From IMG/VR virus record IMGVR_UViG_3300045993_000138: DNA of 41,727 bases; one strand, given 5' to 3'. Position numbers and translations under genes: made by a program. Under the pieces are notes generated by a model. That model was not told the DNA's origin. It worked only from the letters and a program-made list of their open reading frames with translations, and did no database searches. Source of the stretch: a virus (lineage: Duplodnaviria > Heunggongvirae > Uroviricota > Caudoviricetes). Shown piece by piece: positions 36,023-41,727 of the stretch. Positions within the stretch are counted from its first letter, which is position 1. Each line of letters starts with the position of its first letter.

Positions 36023-37213
36023 ATGACCACTAAATTCGTAACACTCGCACACGCGCAAGATGCAGATTCTTTCGTAGACACTTTCAATGCAGTTGTTGCG
36101 GAGAAGGTCACAGATGCACTTGCATCAAGAAAGCAAGAACTCGCACAAGGTATCTTTGGAGTTGATGAAGGTATCAATTGGGGTCGTGCAACTGGATTTA
36201 GAGCAGGGCGTGAATTCGATAGTCATCACGATGCCGAATCTGCATTCAAAATTAGCAACCTCTACTCAAAGCATAAGAAATCCTTTGTTCATGGTTTCAA
36301 TAAGGGAAGAGAAGAAAAGTCCAATTGGGAAAAGAATCATCCTAGAAACGAAGAAACAGTATCCGAAGAATATCACAAACTTTCAGACACTGCGAAGGAA
36401 CTAGTTCTTCACGCAGATAACGATAGTCACCTGCACCGTTCAAGTCATGAACCAATCATGAAGAATCTTGCGAAGAAGCACGCCAAGGGTGTCTATGACT
36501 CTGAAAAGGCAAAGAAGCTTTGGGGATATCATGCTGATCGTGCTGCTGCATCCTATCATAAGGAATATAGTGGCGTTGGCAAATGGCATGAAATGTTCCC
36601 TAAGCGTGTTCGTGATGAAGCTGCATCCCATTGGGAAGAGCATCACAGAGAAGATCTGCATGAAGGTGCAAAGCCAGAATGGAGTGATCATTTTAGTAAT
36701 GATCGTGAATCTGGTGCCGAAAAAGAAAAGGCGTATCACGAAAAGATCTTTAAGAGTAGAATAAAGAGTTCACCAAAACCTTCTAAGTTAGAAGATCCAA
36801 CCAGTGTATATAAACCATCTGCTGGTCCGTTCCGTAGAAATGAAGAAGTAGAAAAGGTTGATGAAGTTTCTCTAAAGACTGCCGTAAACGCTATTCGTTC
36901 GTTACATAATACTGCTAGTGACTATGAAGCTTCGAAGGAAGATTCAAAGAGAGTCAATCGTTTCAGAAACAAGATTGCAAGAAAGTGGGGTAAGAAAGGA
37001 ACTGATGTTGCCGACAAGGCTGTGGATGCTCCGAGCACTCGCAAATATCGCCAAGGAGAAAATGATCTATCTGGTGGTCTAAGAGGAACTTGGAGAACAA
37101 CAACAAACCTTACAAAAAGAGGTAAGGTTCCAGCATCAACTCAAAGAGCAATGAAGGACATTGCCAAGCATCGCAATATCAATGGTCCAAATGGTAAGCT
37201 TCCAAAAGAATAA
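36023..37213 (+). CDS. Putative internal head (poly)protein with a gp67-like N-terminal leader
   Basis: First ~48 aa are paralogous to 35853..36020. The rest is His/Lys/Arg-rich modules separated by VDE, VSE and LHE motifs. Confidence 0.7.
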   Translation: MTTKFVTLAHAQDADSFVDTFNAVVAEKVTDALASRKQELAQGIFGVDEGINWGRATGFRAGREFDSHHDAESAFKISNLYSKHKKSFVHGFNKGREEKSNWEKNHPRNEETVSEEYHKLSDTAKELVLHADNDSHLHRSSHEPIMKNLAKKHAKGVYDSEKAKKLWGYHADRAAASYHKEYSGVGKWHEMFPKRVRDEAASHWEEHHREDLHEGAKPEWSDHFSNDRESGAEKEKAYHEKIFKSRIKSSPKPSKLEDPTSVYKPSAGPFRRNEEVEKVDEVSLKTAVNAIRSLHNTASDYEASKEDSKRVNRFRNKIARKWGKKGTDVADKAVDAPSTRKYRQGENDLSGGLRGTWRTTTNLTKRGKVPASTQRAMKDIAKHRNINGPNGKLPKE

Positions 37214-37216
37214 TAG

Positions 37217-37687
37217 ATGAAAACATTCTCTCAATACATTCAGGAATTAAATGAGGCAGTCCCTGCGGCTGATCCTCCTGCTATGATTGTATTGAGACGT
37301 TTGGGTATTCGTAACTATCCTACTGGTGCCAAGGTTGCTCTTTACAGAAATGACAAGATGAACCTTGATGTCAGTGTTCCATACTTTCCAGATTCCGGGT
37401 CTGGTGGAAAAGTAGGGTATGGTTCTATTGTTAAAGAAGATCTAAATACATTGCAAATTGTGATTGATGAATCCATTGTCCAGTCTTTAAGAGCAATCAT
37501 GAAGAAGGATAAGCCTGGAATTGTGACGTTTGCAAATGGAACCACTGCGACTGTACAACCATCGACTGCAAAGAATATTGTCGATCTGCACGGCAAGGTG
37601 AACAAGAGAAATAAGCAGAATTTAGGACAGATGGGAAATTCTCCACAAGATTTTAAGAAAGTTGTTGATTTTACAACAACCATATAA
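37217..37687 (+). CDS. Internal head protein with a capsid-targeting-like N-terminus
   Basis: MKTFSQYIQELNE resembles the T4 internal-protein capsid targeting sequence (MKTYQEFIAE type). Lies in the head module. Confidence 0.65.
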   Translation: MKTFSQYIQELNEAVPAADPPAMIVLRRLGIRNYPTGAKVALYRNDKMNLDVSVPYFPDSGSGGKVGYGSIVKEDLNTLQIVIDESIVQSLRAIMKKDKPGIVTFANGTTATVQPSTAKNIVDLHGKVNKRNKQNLGQMGNSPQDFKKVVDFTTTI

Positions 37688-37699
37688 TAGGAAACTAAC

Positions 37700-38152
37700 A
37701 TGGCAGCAAATGCACCAGAAGTACAAGTAATATTCGATAACGGACAGACTGCCAGAGTCAAAGTTACCGCATATTTCACGGGAGCAACAACTTCCAACAC
37801 AACCATTGTAAGAGCCAACACACTTGCATTTGCGAACACATCAAAGAGTTCCAACGTATGCTCGTTGAGTATCTCACAGGTTCAGTTTGCATCAGACCTT
37901 GCAGGATTCGCTCAGTTGTATTGGGCAGGGGCGAGTGCAAATACTCCGATTTACAATTTCGGAACATCACATGCCGGTACTCTTGATGCATATGTTCAGA
38001 ACAATGCAACTGGTCCTACTGGTGAACTTGGATTGTGGATCAATGCTGCTGCAAACTTAGATACACTGGATCTAATTATTACTATTAACAAAGAAGCTGG
38101 TTATGCTAATGCGTTCATTGAATACAATGATAATAGATATGTCGGTGGCTAA
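37700..38152 (+). CDS. Virion structural protein, possibly exterior
   Basis: AGGA RBS. Ala/Asn/Thr-rich beta-type composition, unlike the charged core proteins on either side. Confidence 0.55.
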   Translation: MAANAPEVQVIFDNGQTARVKVTAYFTGATTSNTTIVRANTLAFANTSKSSNVCSLSISQVQFASDLAGFAQLYWAGASANTPIYNFGTSHAGTLDAYVQNNATGPTGELGLWINAAANLDTLDLIITINKEAGYANAFIEYNDNRYVGG

Positions 38153-38430
38153 TGAAGACGTTCAAGGAGTTCTTGCTCACTGAGGTACAAAGAATTCGTA
38201 TTATCAGAGCGAGAATACGTAACGGAAAAGTACAGAGAAGAAAGAAAGTTTCTGGTGTAAAAGGTTATACGATTCGCGGTGGAAAGTTGATAAGAATGAG
38301 TACTAGCGAAAGAATGCATAGAAAGCGTGGAGCGAGAAGAGCAAAAGTTAAGCGTAGAGCAAAGATGGCACGCGCTTTGATAAAAAGAAAGAGATCGTTG
38401 AAACGTAGAGCATCAATGGGGTTAAGGTAA
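38152..38430 (+). CDS. gp68: Prohead core protein gp68-like, very basic
   Basis: MKTFKEFLLTE leader. C-terminal KRKRSLKRRASMGL parallels the T4 gp68 end (KRKKALKRRKALGL). Lies directly before gp21. Confidence 0.75.
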   Translation: MKTFKEFLLTEVQRIRIIRARIRNGKVQRRKKVSGVKGYTIRGGKLIRMSTSERMHRKRGARRAKVKRRAKMARALIKRKRSLKRRASMGLR

Positions 38431-38432
38431 AA

Positions 38433-39077
38433 ATGAAGCTTATTAAAGAAACAATTGAAGAAGTCAAGTATCTCACCGAAGATGTCGGTGGCGTAAAGAC
38501 TCTCTTTATTCAGGGACCATTTTTGGTTAGCGAAAAGGCTAATCGTAATGGTAGAATATATGCTCGTAACCTTCTTGAGAGAGAAGTCAAGCGTTATAAC
38601 GAAGAATACGTAAACAAAAATCGTGCTTTTGGAGAACTTGGACATCCAGAAACACCAGCAATTGGATTAGAGCGTGTATCACATCTAATCACCAACCTAA
38701 GACAAAATGGTAACGTTTTTGAAGGTAAGGCAAAGATTCTTGATACTCCAATGGGTCGCATCGCAAAAGGTATTATCGAAGGCGGTGGATTGCTTGGAGT
38801 ATCATCAAGAGGAATGGGATCATTGAAGGCTATCAATGGTATTAATCATGTTCAGGAAGATTTCTATCTAGCCACAGCGGCAGATATTGTAGCTGACCCA
38901 TCAGCACCGGGTGCGTTTGTTGAAGGAATAATGGAAGGCAAAGAATGGGTGTGGGACAACGGAATCGTAAAAGAAGCCGATGTCAATTACCTACAGCAAA
39001 CCATTAAGAAAGCAAGAGCAAAGCAACTGGAAGAAGTCAAGCTACGCGCTTTTGAGAATTTTATCTCAAAATTGTAA
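38433..39077 (+). CDS. gp21: Prohead protease gp21
   Basis: NRNGRIY, GELGHP (catalytic His), LDTPMG, GVSSRGMGS (catalytic Ser) and DIVADPSAPGAFV motifs. Confidence 0.97.
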   Translation: MKLIKETIEEVKYLTEDVGGVKTLFIQGPFLVSEKANRNGRIYARNLLEREVKRYNEEYVNKNRAFGELGHPETPAIGLERVSHLITNLRQNGNVFEGKAKILDTPMGRIAKGIIEGGGLLGVSSRGMGSLKAINGINHVQEDFYLATAADIVADPSAPGAFVEGIMEGKEWVWDNGIVKEADVNYLQQTIKKARAKQLEEVKLRAFENFISKL

Positions 39078-39080
39078 TTT

Positions 39081-39088
39081 TATAAATA
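39081..39088 (+). promoter_or_regulatory. T4-type late promoter for gp22/gp23
   Basis: Exact TATAAATA. TAAGGAG RBS precedes ATG 39113. Confidence 0.88.
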
Positions 39089-39112
39089 AAGATATAACTA
39101 AGGAGTTTACTC

Positions 39113-40258
39113 ATGAAAGTTCGAACATTAGCAGAAGCTGCCGCTGACGTACTCGCAAAGTCTAGAGCCGCTGCGCCTTCAGAACCAATGCCATCCATTG
39201 GTGCAGAAGTCGTAGATCTTGGCGGATCTACACAGACCGATCCATCAGGCGGCGACGTTGGTTCCCGTGCCGCAGCAGCGGTCGGAACAGCAACACCACC
39301 AGGCACTCCACCAGCAGCCGATTCAAAGGAAGGAATGAAGAAGCTTGCACAGGAAGAAGCCGAAGTGTCAGAAGATGACGTTGAAGGTACTGAGACTATT
39401 GCAGAAGATGAAGTCGAAGACGAAGAAATCTTCGAAGAAATGACTGCCGAAGAAGTCGAAGCTGCATATGCAGCAAAGGTCGCAATGCTTAAGGAAAAGC
39501 TTGCTGCTCTCGGTTCTAAGGAAGATATCGATGCAATCTTCTCTGGCGAAGAACTTTCCGAAGAGTTCCGCACCAAGGTTTCCACCATTTTCGAAGGTGC
39601 CGTTATTGCTCGCGCAGTACAGGTTATCGAAGAAATGGAATCAGAAATTCTTGCTGCTGCCGAAGAGACAATTGAAGAAGTTAAGCAAGAACTTGAGGAA
39701 CAGGTTGATACCTACCTCAACTATATGGTTAACGAATGGGTACAGGAAAATGAAGTTGCCGTTGATTCTGGTCTAAAGACTGAAATCATGGAAGAATTCA
39801 TGGCTGGACTCAAGAATCTATTTGCTGAACATTATATCGACGTTCCAGAAGAGAAGGTAGATGTACTAGAAGCTATGGCTGAAGAAATCGATGAACTCAA
39901 GGGTAAGTTGAATGAGTCACTAAATGACAACATCAGCCTTGCACTTGCAATCACCGAAGCTCGTAAGGCTGAAATAATTGCATCAGTTTGTGAGGGACTC
40001 ACTGCCACACAATCTGAAAAGGTAAAGACTCTCGCAGAGGGAGTTGAGTTCACCACAGAGGGTGAATATGAAGGAAAGATCAAGATAATTCGTGAGAGTT
40101 ATTTCAATCAGACCGCAAGTGATACAAAAACAGTGAAACAGGCTTCCAATCCAATTGCCATTACAGAAAGCGCGGAACCTGTTGTAACATCAAATGGAGA
40201 TGTATCTCCATCGATGGATAGTTATGTTAAGGCACTCTCTAGAACCAACCCAGTATAA
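39113..40258 (+). CDS. gp22: Prohead core scaffold gp22
   Basis: Acidic coiled-coil with ELSEEF..K..TIFE, VDTYLNY..NEW..EN, GLKNLF.EHYIDVPEEKVDV and IRESYF motifs. Confidence 0.93.
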   Translation: MKVRTLAEAAADVLAKSRAAAPSEPMPSIGAEVVDLGGSTQTDPSGGDVGSRAAAAVGTATPPGTPPAADSKEGMKKLAQEEAEVSEDDVEGTETIAEDEVEDEEIFEEMTAEEVEAAYAAKVAMLKEKLAALGSKEDIDAIFSGEELSEEFRTKVSTIFEGAVIARAVQVIEEMESEILAAAEETIEEVKQELEEQVDTYLNYMVNEWVQENEVAVDSGLKTEIMEEFMAGLKNLFAEHYIDVPEEKVDVLEAMAEEIDELKGKLNESLNDNISLALAITEARKAEIIASVCEGLTATQSEKVKTLAEGVEFTTEGEYEGKIKIIRESYFNQTASDTKTVKQASNPIAITESAEPVVTSNGDVSPSMDSYVKALSRTNPV

Positions 40259-40296
40259 TAAGGGTTTTTACTTAAAATCATAGAAGGATTATAAAA

Positions 40297-41661
40297 ATGT
40301 ATCTCTCAGAAACAATTCAAAAGAAGTGGGCACCAGTATTGGACCACGCTGATATGGCTAAGATCACTGACCCATATCGCCGTGCCGTTACTGCGATTGT
40401 CCTAGAAAATCAGGAACGCGCTCTTCGTGAAGAAGCAGGTATCCTTGCAGAAGCTGGTGGATCCAACTTCGTAGGCGCGGGCGGATATGGTGGTGGAGCA
40501 ACTGCTGGTGGTCCAGTAGCCGGTTTCGATCCAATCCTAATCAGCCTAGTTCGTCGTTCACTACCTAACCTAATGGCATATGACATCTGCGGCGTTCAGC
40601 CAATGACTGGTCCAACAGGTCTTATCTTCGCGATGCGCTCAACCTATGCTAACGCAACAAGCGCAGCACTAGGATCAGCAACTCCAGAAGCGTTCTACAA
40701 CGAAGCAAACGTATCATTCTCTGGTACTGGCGCAACATCACCATTCACTGCGGGTAACAACCCTGATGCGAACGTTAACCCAGGTACAAGCAATGCTTCT
40801 ATCTTCGGTCTAGCGAACACTGGTGAAGGATTCGACACCGGAACTGGTGAAGGTCTATCCGTTGGTACAACAATGAACCAGATGGGCTTCTCAATCGAAA
40901 AGGTTACTGTAACAGCAAACACCCGTGCGCTAGCAGCATCCTACACCCTAGAACTTGCACAGGACTTGAAGGCAGTTCATGGTCTAGACGCAGAAACGGA
41001 ATTGGCAAATATTCTTTCAACAGAAGTTCTTGCTGAAATCAACCGTGAAGTCGTCCGCACCGTGTATGCAACTGCAAAGCCGGGCGCAGCGTTCTCCAAC
41101 ACACCGGGCGTATTTAACCTAGCAACAGGTCTAGATACAGATGGTCGTTGGCAGGTAGAAAAGTACAAGGGTCTTATCTTCCAGATCGAGCGTGAAGCTA
41201 ACAAGATCGCGAAAGATACTCGTCGTGGAAAGGGCAACATCATCATCACATCAACCGATGTGGCATCAGCCCTTGCGATGAGCGGACTTCTTGACTACAA
41301 CTCAGCACTAAGCAACAACACTGGTCTACAGGTTGACGACACTGGAAATACCTTCGCAGGTGTTCTATTCGGTCGCCTAAAGGTCTATGTTGATCCATAC
41401 TCAGTATCAGGCGCAGATTATGTCGTCGTCGGATACAAGGGTGCGGTCGCGTATGATGCTGGTCTGTTCTACTGCCCATACGTTCCTCTACAGATGGTTC
41501 GTGCAATCGATCCTAACACCTTCCAGCCAAAGATTGGCTTCAAGACCCGTTACGGAATCGTTGCAAATCCATTCGCACAGGGAACCACACAGGGTTCAGG
41601 CGCATTGAGCAACAACAGCAACCTCTACTACCGCAAGTTTATCGTAAGCAACTTGAAGTAA
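40297..41661 (+). CDS. gp23: Major capsid protein gp23
   Basis: KKWAPVL, FDPILISLVRR..PNL.AYDICGVQPMTGPTGLIFAMR, ELAQDLKAVHGLDAE.ELANIL, AGLFYCPYVPL and FQPKIGFKTRYG motifs. Confidence 0.98.
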   Translation: MYLSETIQKKWAPVLDHADMAKITDPYRRAVTAIVLENQERALREEAGILAEAGGSNFVGAGGYGGGATAGGPVAGFDPILISLVRRSLPNLMAYDICGVQPMTGPTGLIFAMRSTYANATSAALGSATPEAFYNEANVSFSGTGATSPFTAGNNPDANVNPGTSNASIFGLANTGEGFDTGTGEGLSVGTTMNQMGFSIEKVTVTANTRALAASYTLELAQDLKAVHGLDAETELANILSTEVLAEINREVVRTVYATAKPGAAFSNTPGVFNLATGLDTDGRWQVEKYKGLIFQIEREANKIAKDTRRGKGNIIITSTDVASALAMSGLLDYNSALSNNTGLQVDDTGNTFAGVLFGRLKVYVDPYSVSGADYVVVGYKGAVAYDAGLFYCPYVPLQMVRAIDPNTFQPKIGFKTRYGIVANPFAQGTTQGSGALSNNSNLYYRKFIVSNLK

Positions 41662-41697
41662 TAGTGTAAAACTATAATAATATAAAGCGAAACGATT

Positions 41698-41727
41698 GGG
41701 GAGGGCAGAAATGCCCTCCCCTTTTTT
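41698..41727 (+). terminator. Rho-independent terminator after gp23
   Basis: GGGGAGGGCA-GAAA-TGCCCTCCCC followed by TTTTTT (10-bp stem, GNRA loop). Confidence 0.93.

Noticed and set aside
1-41727. Stop-codon reassignment, tRNA or rRNA genes
   Set aside because: Core genes translate full-length with the standard code and end in TAA, TGA or TAG. Intergenic gaps are too short for RNA genes and show no cloverleaf.

Overview
This window is the late structural and morphogenesis module of a large T4-like myovirus, with all real genes on the + strand. The conserved core runs gp13-gp14-gp15-gp16-gp17-gp18-gp19-gp20-gp67-gp68-gp21-gp22-gp23, with T4-type late promoters (TATAAATA) and a terminator after gp23. 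Two accessory blocks are inserted. The first (1-18952, where T4 has wac) encodes giant, almost proline-free Gly-Thr-Gln collagen-like fibres (1540 aa and 3526 aa), small fibre-associated proteins and a sulfotransferase-like enzyme. The second (21161-28081, between gp14 and gp15) encodes another collagen fibre, a paralog pair and a four-gene cassette resembling the phiKMV-type tail-fibre genes. Two free-standing homing endonucleases sit between gp13/gp14 (HNH) and gp18/gp19 (GIY-YIG-like). Most notable: Ala-Asn dipeptides are concentrated in outward-facing virion proteins (a possible virion modification system); gp14 has no standard start codon after the HNH insertion; and a duplicated gp67 leader heads a probable protease-processed internal-head polyprotein. 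All family assignments are from motif recognition, not database searches.
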